Assembly (NCBI RefSeq): GCF_001457615.1
Contig: NZ_LN831024.1
Span: 1,590,001 to 1,622,000 of the forward strand
Direction of reading: 5' to 3'
From: Pseudomonas aeruginosa
GTDB taxonomy: Bacteria > Pseudomonadota > Gammaproteobacteria > Pseudomonadales > Pseudomonadaceae
DNA length: 32,000 nt
Below the pieces are notes generated by a model that was not told where the DNA came from, made no database searches, and was given only the letters and a program-made list of their open reading frames with translations. This document shows positions 9,335 to 18,045 of the stretch, piece by piece. The number at the start of each line of letters is the position of its first letter. Position 1 is the stretch's first letter. Position numbers and translations under genes: made by a program.

Positions 9335-10195
9335 ATGCGTTATCTACTGTTCGTCACCGTCCTCTGGGCGTTCTCCTTCAACCTGATCGGCGAGTACCTC
9401 GCCGGCCAGGTCGACAGCTACTTCGCCGTGCTTACCCGGGTCCTTCTCGCTGGCCTGGTGTTTCTCCCGCTGACCCGCTGGCGCGGCGTCGAACCGCGTT
9501 TCGTCGGTGGGGTGATGCTGGTCGGCGCGCTGCAGTTCGGCATCACCTACGTCTGCCTGTACCTGAGCTTCAACGTGCTGACGGTGCCCGAGGTGCTGCT
9601 GTTCACCGTGCTGACGCCGGTCCACGTGGCCCTGTTCGACGACCTGCTCAACCGCCGCTTCAACTTCTGGGCCCTGGCCGCCGCGCTGGTGGCGGTGCTG
9701 GGCGCGGCGATCATCCGCTACGACGGGATCACTGGCGAGTTCCTCCAGGGCTTCCTGCTGCTGCAACTGGCCAACGCCACCTTCGCCGCCGGCCAGGTGC
9801 TGTACAAGCGCCTGGTGCGCAAGTACCCGTCCGAGCTGCCGCAGCGCCAGCGCTTCGGTTATTTCTTCGTTGGCGCGCTGCTGGTGGCGTTGCCTGCCTG
9901 GCTGCTGTTCGGCGATCCGCAGCGCCTGCCGGCCGGCGAGCTGCAATGGGGCGTACTGGTATGGATGGGGCTGCTGGCCACCGCCCTCGGCCAGTTCTGG
10001 TGGAACAAGGGCGCCACCGAGGTGGACGCCGGTACCCTGGCGGTGATGAACAACCTGCACGTGCCGGTCGGGTTGCTGCTCAACCTGCTGATCTGGAACC
10101 AGCACGCCGACCTGCCGCGCCTGGCCCTGGGCGGCGCGGTGATCGTCGCTTCGCTGTGGGTCAACCGGCTCGGCCGGCGCGAGGTGCGTGCATGA
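9335..10195 (+). CDS. DMT/EamA-family inner-membrane transporter, YigM (BioP)-like carboxylate/amino acid/amine transporter
   Basis: 286 aa from ATG 9335. MRYLLFVTVLWAFSFNLIGEYLAGQVDSYFAVL... aligns from residue 1 with E. coli YigM as I recall it, and the protein is hydrophobic throughout. The alternative in-frame TTG at 9284 adds a non-conserved Ala/Pro-rich extension. Confidence 0.8.
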   Translation: MRYLLFVTVLWAFSFNLIGEYLAGQVDSYFAVLTRVLLAGLVFLPLTRWRGVEPRFVGGVMLVGALQFGITYVCLYLSFNVLTVPEVLLFTVLTPVHVALFDDLLNRRFNFWALAAALVAVLGAAIIRYDGITGEFLQGFLLLQLANATFAAGQVLYKRLVRKYPSELPQRQRFGYFFVGALLVALPAWLLFGDPQRLPAGELQWGVLVWMGLLATALGQFWWNKGATEVDAGTLAVMNNLHVPVGLLLNLLIWNQHADLPRLALGGAVIVASLWVNRLGRREVRA

Positions 10196-11091
10196 GGATT
10201 TCCGGACAGGGCGTGCTGCTGTCGCTGGCCGCCTCGGTGCTGTTCGTTACCCTGCCGGGCTACGTCCACCTGCTGGAGCCGCTGGACAGCCTGCAGGTGG
10301 TGGCGCATCGGGTGGTCTGGTCGATCCCGATGGTATTCCTGCTGGTCGTCGCCACCCGCCAGTGGCCGACCCTGCGCGCCGCCTGGCGCCGGCTGTTCGC
10401 CGAGCCCTGGCTGCTGGCCTGCTTCCCGCTGACCGCGGCGATGATGCTGCTGCAATGGGGCATCTTCATCTGGGCGCCGTTGGCCGGGAAAACCCTTGAA
10501 CTGTCGCTGGGCTACTTCCTCCTGCCGCTGGCGATGGTGCTGGTGGGGCGGGTGTTCTACGGCGAGCGCCTGACGCCGCTGCAGGCTATCGCCGTGGCCT
10601 GCGCGCTGGCCGGGGTGCTCCACGAGTTCTGGCTGACCCGCGCGTTCTCCTGGGTCTCCCTGGTCACCGCGCTGGGCTATCCCCCATACTTCATGCTGCG
10701 GCGCAGGATGGGCGTGGACGCGCTGTCCGGGTTCGTCTTCGAGATGCTCTTCCTGCTGCCGCTGGCGTTGGCCGCGCTGTACTGGCTGGGCGACGAGAGC
10801 CAGGCCTTCCGCGAGGCGCCGCGCCTGTGGCTGCTGCTGCCGATGCTGGGGCTGATCAGCGCGCTGGCCTTCGGCGCGATGATGGCTTCCAGCCGGCTGC
10901 TGCCGATGGGGCTGTTCGGGATTCTCAGCTACGTCGAACCGGTGCTGCTGTTCCTGGTGGCGGTACTGTTCCTCGGCGAAGCGTTCCGTCCCGAGCAGCT
11001 ATGGACCTACGCGCCGATCTGGCTGGCGGTGCTGTTGACCGGCTGGGACAGCGCGCGCCTGCTGAGGAAACAGGCGCGGCGGGGCATCTGA
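10192..11091 (+). CDS. rarD: RarD-family DMT/EamA transporter
   Basis: 299 aa. Blocks shared with E. coli RarD: GVLLSLAA, HRVVWS, FIWA, LE-SLGYF and GER. SD GAGGTG upstream. Its ATG overlaps the upstream stop (ATGA at 10192-10195). Confidence 0.8.
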   Translation: MRISGQGVLLSLAASVLFVTLPGYVHLLEPLDSLQVVAHRVVWSIPMVFLLVVATRQWPTLRAAWRRLFAEPWLLACFPLTAAMMLLQWGIFIWAPLAGKTLELSLGYFLLPLAMVLVGRVFYGERLTPLQAIAVACALAGVLHEFWLTRAFSWVSLVTALGYPPYFMLRRRMGVDALSGFVFEMLFLLPLALAALYWLGDESQAFREAPRLWLLLPMLGLISALAFGAMMASSRLLPMGLFGILSYVEPVLLFLVAVLFLGEAFRPEQLWTYAPIWLAVLLTGWDSARLLRKQARRGI

Positions 11092-11111
11092 GCGAGCCGC
11101 AGGCGCCGGAA

Positions 11112-11708
11112 TCAGCGCTTGCGGGTGCTTTCGACCTGGGCGAGGGTGGTCGGCAGGATGCGCTTGCCGGCCAGGTAGTGGCGTTTCCAGTAGCTGCTGT
11201 TGAGGTCGGAGACGCGGACCTTCTTGCCGCGCCGCGGCGCGTGCACGAAGCGGTCGTTGCCGACGTAGATGCCGACGTGGTCGACGCTGCGGCTGCGGAT
11301 CCGGAAGAACACCAGGTCGCCCGGTTGCAGCTTGCCGCGGGAGACCTTGTTGTTGTCCATGTTGTAGATGGCGCGGGCGGTCCGCGGCAGGTCGACGTCG
11401 TCGACGTCCTGGAACACATAGTTGACCAGGCCGCTGCAATCGAAGCCTTTCTTCGGCGTGGTGCCGCCCCAGCGGTAGGGGGTGCCGATCATGCTGAAGG
11501 CGCGGTCGGTGACTTCGGAAGCGGCGGCCGCGACCACCGAGCGGTTGGCGGACTGGCGGGTGCTGACGACCCGGCTGGGCGACAGGGTGGAATTCTTCGA
11601 CGGCTTGAAGGTGTGGGTGACCTGGTTGGAAGCCAGGCTGGGCGTCGAGAGGGCGGCCAGAAGGGCCGCGAAGCCTACAGACAGGCATGTCAAAAAGGGT
11701 GAACGCAT
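11112..11708 (-). CDS. secreted NlpC/P60-family peptidoglycan endopeptidase
   Basis: 198 aa. N-terminal signal peptide (FAALLAALSTPSLA/SN). NlpC/P60 catalytic core GTPYRWGGTTPKKGFDCSGLV ... HVGIYVG ... FVHAP (Cys-His-His). Confidence 0.87.
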   Translation of the reverse strand: MRSPFLTCLSVGFAALLAALSTPSLASNQVTHTFKPSKNSTLSPSRVVSTRQSANRSVVAAAASEVTDRAFSMIGTPYRWGGTTPKKGFDCSGLVNYVFQDVDDVDLPRTARAIYNMDNNKVSRGKLQPGDLVFFRIRSRSVDHVGIYVGNDRFVHAPRRGKKVRVSDLNSSYWKRHYLAGKRILPTTLAQVESTRKR

Positions 11709-12164
11709 TTCGGCATGTCTTCGCGTGCGTGAATAACGGTCCAGGCTTCCGCTGGTTCGTGGTTACTCTCTGTTCATCGGAGTGTCTTCTGGGTGACCGG
11801 AACGAGCCCTCCTGACTCTTCCGACCAGGCCGTCAAACGAAACGGCCAACTGCTTCCGGGCCTGGATGCATTCAGGTTGTCCCGGCGATAACGGGCTTCA
11901 CGAAGGAAAATCGGGGACTCATCGGCGTTCCCAGCGTATTCCCCTACGAAAGCGGCGGCTATTGTGACCTATTTTGACGCCGGCCTTCTGACCATTCGTC
12001 GAATGATCGGTTCCGGATGTGACGCGCCGGTTTCGCCGTGCAAGTGGCGATACTTGCGGGTCCGGCAATGACCTGTTGTTCGCCGTGGCCTTGGAAAGCC
12101 TCTGCGCCGGGGGTATGTTCGTGGTCCCCGTACCCGAGTGAAGCCCGTAGAAGCGAGTCCAGAT

Positions 12165-13859
12165 ATGACCGAAACAGCCAAGCGTCCCTTGTACGTTCCC
12201 CATGCCGGCCCTTCGCTGCTGGAGATGCCGCTGCTGAACAAAGGCAGCGCGTTCAGTACCCAGGAACGCATCGATTTCAACCTGCAGGGCCTGCTGCCGC
12301 ACAACATCGAGACCATCGAGGAGCAGACCGAGCGCGCCTACAGCCAGTACAACCTGTGCAACACCGATCTGGACCGCCACATCTTCCTGCGCTCGATCCA
12401 GGACAACAACGAGACCCTGTTCTTCCGCCTGCTCGAGGAGCACCTGGAAGAAATGATGCCGATCATCTACACCCCCACGGTCGGCCAGGCCTGCCAGGAG
12501 TTCTCGAAGATCTACCGGACCCACCGCGGCCTGTTCATCTCCTACCCGGACCGCGAGCGGATCGACGACATCCTGCGCAGCGCCACCAAGAACAACGTGA
12601 AGATCGTGGTGGTCACCGACAGCGAGCGGATCCTCGGCCTGGGCGACCAGGGCATCGGCGGGATGGGCATCCCGATCGGCAAGCTGTCCCTGTACACCGC
12701 CTGCGGCGGTATCAGCCCGGCCTACACCCTGCCGGTGGTGCTGGACGTCGGCACCAACAACCCGGACCTGCTCAACGACCCGATGTACATGGGCTGGCGC
12801 CACGAGCGGGTGAGCGGGGCGCAGTACGAGGAGTTCGTCGACCTGTTCATCCAGGCGATCAAGCGCCGCTGGCCCAACGTCCTGCTGCAATTCGAGGACT
12901 TCGCCCAGACCAATGCCATGCCGTTGCTGGAGCGCTACAAGGACGAGCTGTGCTGCTTCAACGACGACATCCAGGGCACCGCCGCGGTGGCCGTGGGCAC
13001 CCTGCTGGCGGCTTGCAAGGCCAAGGGCGAGAAGCTCAGCGAGCAGACCGTGACCTTCGTCGGCGCCGGCTCCGCCGGTTGCGGCATCGCCGAACAGATC
13101 ATCGCCGCCATGCAACTGGAGGGCCTGGACGAGGCCCAGGCGCGTCGGCGCATCTTCATGGTCGACCGCTGGGGCCTGCTCACCGACGACATGAGCAACC
13201 TGCTCGACTTCCAGCACCGCCTGGCGCAGAAGCGCGCCGATCTCGGTGCCTGGGGCGGCCAGCAGGGCGACGACCTGGCGTTGCTGGAAGTGATCCGCAA
13301 TGCCCGGCCGACGGTGCTGATCGGCGTCTCCGGGCAGCGCGGGCTGTTTTCCGAAGAGGTCATCCGTGAGCTGCACAGCCATTGCAAGCAGCCGCTGGTG
13401 ATGCCGCTGTCCAACCCGACCTCGCGGGTCGAGGCGACTCCGCAGGAAATCCTCAACTGGACCGACGGCCAGGCGCTGGTCGCCACCGGTAGCCCGTTCC
13501 AACCGGTGCAGGTGGGCGACAAGCGGATTCCCATCGCCCAGTGCAACAACGCCTATATCTTCCCCGGCATCGGCCTGGGGGTGATCGCCGCGCGGGCCAA
13601 CCGGGTCACCGAAGGCATGCTGATGGCCGCGGCCAACGCCCTGGCCAACTGCTCGCCGATCGTTACCCAGGGCGAGGGCGCCGTGTTGCCGGCGCTGGGC
13701 GACATCCGCGAGGTCAGCAAGCGCATCGCCGTCGCCGTGGCCAAGCAGGCCCAGGCCGAGGGCAAGGCCCTGCATACCAGCGACGAGGTACTGAACGACG
13801 CCATCGAGGCGAACTTCTGGTTCCCGCGCTACCGTGCCTACCGCCGGACTTCGTTCTGA
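12165..13859 (+). CDS. NAD-dependent malic enzyme (MaeA/SfcA type)
   Basis: 564 aa from ATG 12165. The N-terminus [25 protein letters not shown] parallels E. coli SfcA. The Rossmann motif [10 protein letters not shown] is present. The GTG at 12138 is an upstream in-frame alternative. Confidence 0.93.
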   Translation: MTETAKRPLYVPHAGPSLLEMPLLNKGSAFSTQERIDFNLQGLLPHNIETIEEQTERAYSQYNLCNTDLDRHIFLRSIQDNNETLFFRLLEEHLEEMMPIIYTPTVGQACQEFSKIYRTHRGLFISYPDRERIDDILRSATKNNVKIVVVTDSERILGLGDQGIGGMGIPIGKLSLYTACGGISPAYTLPVVLDVGTNNPDLLNDPMYMGWRHERVSGAQYEEFVDLFIQAIKRRWPNVLLQFEDFAQTNAMPLLERYKDELCCFNDDIQGTAAVAVGTLLAACKAKGEKLSEQTVTFVGAGSAGCGIAEQIIAAMQLEGLDEAQARRRIFMVDRWGLLTDDMSNLLDFQHRLAQKRADLGAWGGQQGDDLALLEVIRNARPTVLIGVSGQRGLFSEEVIRELHSHCKQPLVMPLSNPTSRVEATPQEILNWTDGQALVATGSPFQPVQVGDKRIPIAQCNNAYIFPGIGLGVIAARANRVTEGMLMAAANALANCSPIVTQGEGAVLPALGDIREVSKRIAVAVAKQAQAEGKALHTSDEVLNDAIEANFWFPRYRAYRRTSF

Positions 13860-13932
13860 GGCTCTGCCGCAGGCTGCGCACGGGGGAGAGGCGTTAACCG
13901 CCGATATTCCGCGCGATCGGTGCGAGAACGCG

Positions 13933-13959
13933 AAAAGGCCACCCCGAGGTGGCCTTTTT
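13933..13959. terminator. bidirectional intrinsic terminator between the convergent malic-enzyme and Nudix genes
   Basis: AAAA-GGCCACC (13937-13943), CCGA loop, GGTGGCC (13948-13954), then TTTTT. The A-tract and T-tract on either side would serve both strands. Confidence 0.8.
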
Positions 13960-13979
13960 CGTTGACGGTAGCGCTAGCG

Positions 13980-14438
13980 CTAGCGCACATGATCGGGGCG
14001 CGTCCGGTGTTCGGCCTGGGTTTCCGGGTTTTCCGCCGCGCGCCGCGCCAGGGCCGGCAGGACATGATCGCGCAGCAGCGGCGCGAGATTGTCCGGCTGC
14101 GCTTGGCCGGGGACCAGCCAGGCCAGTTCCTCCAGCTCCGCCTGCGCACAGACGGCGTGGGGCAGGCGGGCGACGTAGATATCGGCATCGACGCGGGTGT
14201 TCGCCTCGTTGGCCGCCGGCGCCTGGAAGCTGCCGAGGTGCTCGAAGGTCGAGGCGCCCATCGGCAGGCGCAGTTCCTCCAGCAGTTCGCGCTGTAGCGC
14301 GGCGAGGGGCGTTTCGCCCGGCTCGCGCTTGCCGCCCGGGAGCATGAAGGCCTGGGTGCCGCGCTTGCGCACCAGCAACAGGTTGCCCTGGTCGTCGAAC
14401 AGGCAGGCGGCGGAAATGCTCAGCAGGTTGTCGGTCAT
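13980..14438 (-). CDS. Nudix hydrolase
   Basis: 152 aa from ATG 14438. Nudix box GGKREPGETPLAALQRELLEELRL (G-x5-E-x7-RE-x2-EE). Its start overlaps the upstream stop (ATGA). Confidence 0.85.
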   Translation of the reverse strand: MTDNLLSISAACLFDDQGNLLLVRKRGTQAFMLPGGKREPGETPLAALQRELLEELRLPMGASTFEHLGSFQAPAANEANTRVDADIYVARLPHAVCAQAELEELAWLVPGQAQPDNLAPLLRDHVLPALARRAAENPETQAEHRTRPDHVR

Positions 14439-14977
14439 TGCGGGTCGTCCTCGGCGATCACCTGGTAGCGCATCTGTACGATGCCGCTGTTGTAGCCATG
14501 TTGTTCCAGCAGTTGCAGGCGCCGCTCGCGGCCGCCGGCGAACAGCGGGATGCCGGCGCCGAGCAGCTGCGGAATGACGCTGACGATCACCTCGTCGAGC
14601 AGCCCGGCCGCCAGGCAACTACCGGCGAGGCTGCCGCCGCCGGCCAGCCAGACCCGCCGGCAGCCCTGTTCGCCGAGGCGTGCGAGGCCTTCCTGGGGCG
14701 TGCCATGGCGCAACTCGACGCCTTCCACCGCGCTCTCCCGGGGATTGCGGGTGAGCACCTGGCAGGGCTTGCCCGGATACGGCCAGTCGCCGAAGCCGCG
14801 CACGATATCGTAGGTGCCGCGGCCCATCAGCAGCCCGTCGATGCCCTGGTAGAAGCCGTTGTAGCCATGGTCGTTGCCGCCCTCGGCGAAACGGTCGAGC
14901 CAGTCGACGCTACCGTCGGGACGGGCGATGAAGCCGTCCAGGCTGGTGGCGACGTAGTAGATCAGGTGCGGTTTCAT
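14435..14977 (-). CDS. RibD C-terminal domain / dihydrofolate-reductase-like family protein
   Basis: 180 aa from ATG 14977. MKPHLIYYVATSLDGFIARPDGSVDWL ... LLMGRGTY ... WLAGGGSLAGSCL is typical of the RibD_C family. Confidence 0.8.
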   Translation of the reverse strand: MKPHLIYYVATSLDGFIARPDGSVDWLDRFAEGGNDHGYNGFYQGIDGLLMGRGTYDIVRGFGDWPYPGKPCQVLTRNPRESAVEGVELRHGTPQEGLARLGEQGCRRVWLAGGGSLAGSCLAAGLLDEVIVSVIPQLLGAGIPLFAGGRERRLQLLEQHGYNSGIVQMRYQVIAEDDPQ

Positions 14978-14996
14978 GGACGGCGCTCCCCTCGCT

Positions 14997-16325
14997 TCAG
15001 ACAGTGGCTTCGTCGCTGCGGCTCGGTGCGGCCAACGCCTCGAACGAACGGGCCTCGGCGTCACGCCCTTCGAGCATGCCCTGCAGCCCCTGGCGCAGGT
15101 CCTGGCCGCTGGGCTGCTGGTAGGCGCCGAGGCCGAACTCCGGCATCACCGCCAGCAGGTAGTCGAACACGTCGCCCTGGATGCGCTCGTAGTCGACCCA
15201 GGCGGTGGTGCGGGTGAAGCAGTATATCTCCAGCGGGATGCCCTGGGCGGTCGGCTGCAACTGGCGGACCATGCAGGTCATGTGCGGATGGATGTCCGGA
15301 TGGTTCTGCAGGTAGGCGAGGGCGTAGGCGCGGAACGTACCGATGTTGGTCAGCCGGCGGCGGTTGGCGGCCAGCGGGGCGACCCCGCCGTTGGCGGCAT
15401 TCCACTCCTGCAACTCGGTCTGCTTGCGGGCCATGTATTCGGTGAGCAGGCGCACCTGGCTCAGGCGCCGCTCTTCCTTCTCGTCGAGGAAACGCACCTG
15501 GCTGGAGTCGACGTAGATCGCCCGCTTGATCCGCCGTCCGCCGGACTGCTGCATGCCGCGCCAGTTCTTGAACGACTCCGACATCAGGCGCCAGGTCGGC
15601 ACCGAGACGATGGTCTTGTCGAAGTTCTGCACCTTCACGGTGTACAGGGTGATGTCCACCACGTCGCCGTCGGCGCCGACCTGCGGCATCTCGATCCAGT
15701 CGCCGACTCGCAGCATGTCGTTGCTGGTGAGCTGCACGCTGGCGACGAAGGACATCAGGGTGTCCTTGTAGACCAGCAGGAGGACCGCCGACATCGCGCC
15801 GAGGCCGGACAGCAGCAGGAGCGGCGAGCGGTCGATGATGATCGAGACGATGATGATCGCGCCGAACACGAACACGGCGATCTTCGCCAGTTGCACGTAG
15901 CCCTTGATCGAGCGGGTGCGGGCGTGCTCGGTACGCGCGTAGATGTCCAGCAGGGCATTCAGCAGCGCTGTGAGGGCGAGGATCAGGAACAGCACGGTGA
16001 AGGCCAGTGCCAGGTTGCCGAGGAAGTGCGCGGCCTTGTCCGGCATCTCCGGGATCCATGGCAGGCCGAATTGCACCAGCAGCGAGGGCGTGGTCTGCGC
16101 CAGGCGCTGGAACACCTTGTTGCGGATCAGGTCGCCGAGCCAGTGCAGCGCGGGCTGGCGGGCGAGCAGGTTGGCGGCGTAGAGGACGATGTAGCGGGCC
16201 ACCCGGCCGAGGATCAGGGCGCCCACCAGCAGCAGGCCGAAGGCCAGGCCGGCGTGCAGGATAGGGTGTTGGTCGAGCGCCGACCAGTACCCGGAGAGCT
16301 GGTCGAGAAGGGATGTGGAGTCCAT
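14997..16325 (-). CDS. MscS-family mechanosensitive ion channel
   Basis: 442 aa from ATG 16325, with SD AAGGAAG upstream. N-terminal TM helices and the MscS beta-domain block VGDWIEMPQVGADGDVVDITLYTVKVQNFDKTIVSVP. Confidence 0.86.
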   Translation of the reverse strand: MDSTSLLDQLSGYWSALDQHPILHAGLAFGLLLVGALILGRVARYIVLYAANLLARQPALHWLGDLIRNKVFQRLAQTTPSLLVQFGLPWIPEMPDKAAHFLGNLALAFTVLFLILALTALLNALLDIYARTEHARTRSIKGYVQLAKIAVFVFGAIIIVSIIIDRSPLLLLSGLGAMSAVLLLVYKDTLMSFVASVQLTSNDMLRVGDWIEMPQVGADGDVVDITLYTVKVQNFDKTIVSVPTWRLMSESFKNWRGMQQSGGRRIKRAIYVDSSQVRFLDEKEERRLSQVRLLTEYMARKQTELQEWNAANGGVAPLAANRRRLTNIGTFRAYALAYLQNHPDIHPHMTCMVRQLQPTAQGIPLEIYCFTRTTAWVDYERIQGDVFDYLLAVMPEFGLGAYQQPSGQDLRQGLQGMLEGRDAEARSFEALAAPSRSDEATV

Positions 16326-16492
16326 GGACAGGCGACTTCCTTTGTTGCGGGCGGGGGGGACGGGCCGGCCCCGCGGTTGAACGGACATCCCGACGCGGGG
16401 GCCGGGAACGCACAAAGGAACCAAGAGTGCCCCATCGGGCGCCGGATCGCATCCCCGACGTGTCTACAAAGGTTTTCCGCCGACGCGCGGGC

Positions 16493-17860
16493 TCAGCCGG
16501 CAAGCTCCTCCAGGGTGCGCCCGCGGGTCTCGATGCCGAAGGCCCAGACCACCAGGGCGGCGACGCCGAAACAGAGGGCGCCGAGGGTGAACACCCCGCC
16601 CTGGCCGGTGAGCGGCAGGACCAGCCCGGTGACCAGCGGGCCGAGCAGCGAGCCGATCCGCCCGACCGCCGAGGCGAAGCCCGAGCCGGTGGCGCGCGCG
16701 GAGGTCGGATAGAGTTCCGGGGTATAGGTGTAGAGCACCGCCCACATGCCGAACAGGAAGAACTGCATGGCCAGGCCGAAGCCGATCAGCAGTGCCAGGC
16801 TGCCGCCGAACACCGCGGTCTGGCCGTAGGCGTAGGCCATCGCGCCGCCGCCGAGGAGCATCAGCACGCAGCTCGGCTTGCGGCCCCAGCTTTCCACCAG
16901 CCAGGCCGCGCAGAGGAAGCCGGGTATCCCGGCCAGCGAAATCAGCACCGTGTAGTACACCGACTGGGTGACGGCGAAGCCGGATTGCTGGAGCAGCGCG
17001 CTGAGCCAGGAGGTCAGGCCGTAGAAACCGAGCAGGGCGAAGAACCACAGGCCCCAGACGGTCAGGGTGCGGCGCCGGTAGGCTGGCGACCAGAGCTCGG
17101 CGAAGGCGCTGAAGAAGCCCGGACGGCTGCGTTCCCGCTGCGGCTGGCGCAGCGGCGGCGGCAGTTCGGTCAGGCCCAGCGAACGCATCACCCGTGCTTC
17201 TATGTCGCGCAATACCCGGTCCGCCTGTTCGCGCCGGCCGGCCTGCTCCAGCCAGCGCGGCGACTCGGGAATCAGGAAGCGGATGGCGAGGACGAACACC
17301 GCCGGCAGCGCCAGCACCAGGAAAATGCTGCGCCAGCCGGTCAGCGGCAGCAGGAAGTAGGACAGGCAGCCGGCAGCGACGAAGCCCAGCGGCCAGAAGC
17401 CGTCCATCAGCGCAATGTACTTGCCGCGGCGGCTGGCCGGGATCATCTCCGACAGCAGCGACTGGGCGATGGGAAACTCCATCCCCATGCCGATCCCCAG
17501 CAATACCCGGTAGAAGGTCAGGCTGTCGAGGTCGCCGGCGGTGGAGCACAGGTAGCTGGCCAGGCCCCAGAGCACGATGCTGGCCTGGAATACCGGCTTG
17601 CGCCCGAAGCGGTCGGCGAGCATGCCCGACAGGGCCGCGCCGATCACCATGCCGAAGAAGCTCGAGCTGGCCAGCAGCCCGGCCTGCGCCGAGTCGAGCC
17701 CGAACTCGGCTTTGATCGAGCCGAGCAGGAAGGTCATCATCGCCAGGTCCATCGAGTCGAAGAAGAACGCCAGCGCGATGATCACGAAGACCAGTCGGTG
17801 ATATGGACTCAGCGGCAGCCGTTCGAGGCGTTCGGCGGCGGATGCGGGCGCGTCGGGCAT
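16493..17860 (-). CDS. MFS transporter (sugar-porter/metabolite:H+ symporter-like)
   Basis: 455 aa from ATG 17860, with SD GAGGAA upstream. 12-TM profile and the MFS loop motif GMLADRFGRKP. Confidence 0.85.
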   Translation of the reverse strand: MPDAPASAAERLERLPLSPYHRLVFVIIALAFFFDSMDLAMMTFLLGSIKAEFGLDSAQAGLLASSSFFGMVIGAALSGMLADRFGRKPVFQASIVLWGLASYLCSTAGDLDSLTFYRVLLGIGMGMEFPIAQSLLSEMIPASRRGKYIALMDGFWPLGFVAAGCLSYFLLPLTGWRSIFLVLALPAVFVLAIRFLIPESPRWLEQAGRREQADRVLRDIEARVMRSLGLTELPPPLRQPQRERSRPGFFSAFAELWSPAYRRRTLTVWGLWFFALLGFYGLTSWLSALLQQSGFAVTQSVYYTVLISLAGIPGFLCAAWLVESWGRKPSCVLMLLGGGAMAYAYGQTAVFGGSLALLIGFGLAMQFFLFGMWAVLYTYTPELYPTSARATGSGFASAVGRIGSLLGPLVTGLVLPLTGQGGVFTLGALCFGVAALVVWAFGIETRGRTLEELAG

Positions 17861-18045
17861 GACCTGGTTCCTCTGGGCGGCGGGCGTCGAACGAGTCTGC
17901 GATCGCCGCCCGCGCCGTGCTTGCCTGGCGGCGACCCGGCGTCGAGCCGATTGCGACGCCGGCGCTGGCCGTCGTGCCGCGCGAATAAAGCCTGCGCGCC
18001 GGCGCGGCAACCGTTAGGCTATGCACCTGTCCATTTTCACGTGCA

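Noticed and set aside
9151-10191. Long upstream extension of the RarD-like ORF (646 aa), and the TTG 9284 start for the YigM-like gene.
   Set aside because: The extension is an alternative frame of the YigM-like gene with Arg/Pro/Ala-rich composition. The homologous N-termini begin at ATG 10192 and ATG 9335 respectively.
11919-13775. 618-aa minus-strand ORF antisense to the malic enzyme gene. Similar long ORFs occur at 14976-16712(+), 16464-18779(-), 19431-21536(-), 19604-21253(+), 24109-26514(+), 27676-29424(+), 29363-30709(+), 4307-5353(-) and 5290-6399(-).
   Set aside because: All overlap genes with clear family signatures on the other strand or in another frame. All show Arg/Ala/Gly/Pro-rich or Val/Asp/Gln/His-rich low-information composition, and all lack SD sequences. 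They are classic high-GC artefacts.
13971-13986. Tandem GCTAGC-GCTAGC (GCGCTAGCGCTAGCGC) at the 3' end of the Nudix gene.
   Set aside because: This is a short self-complementary duplication overlapping the TAG stop codon. It is too small to interpret, and the real terminator is the adjacent hairpin at 13933-13959.
17995-18006. 12-bp perfect palindrome CGCGCCGGCGCG in the MFS / DEAD-box helicase divergent promoter region.
   Set aside because: Short all-GC palindromes are expected by chance at this base composition, and there is no flanking evidence of an operator.
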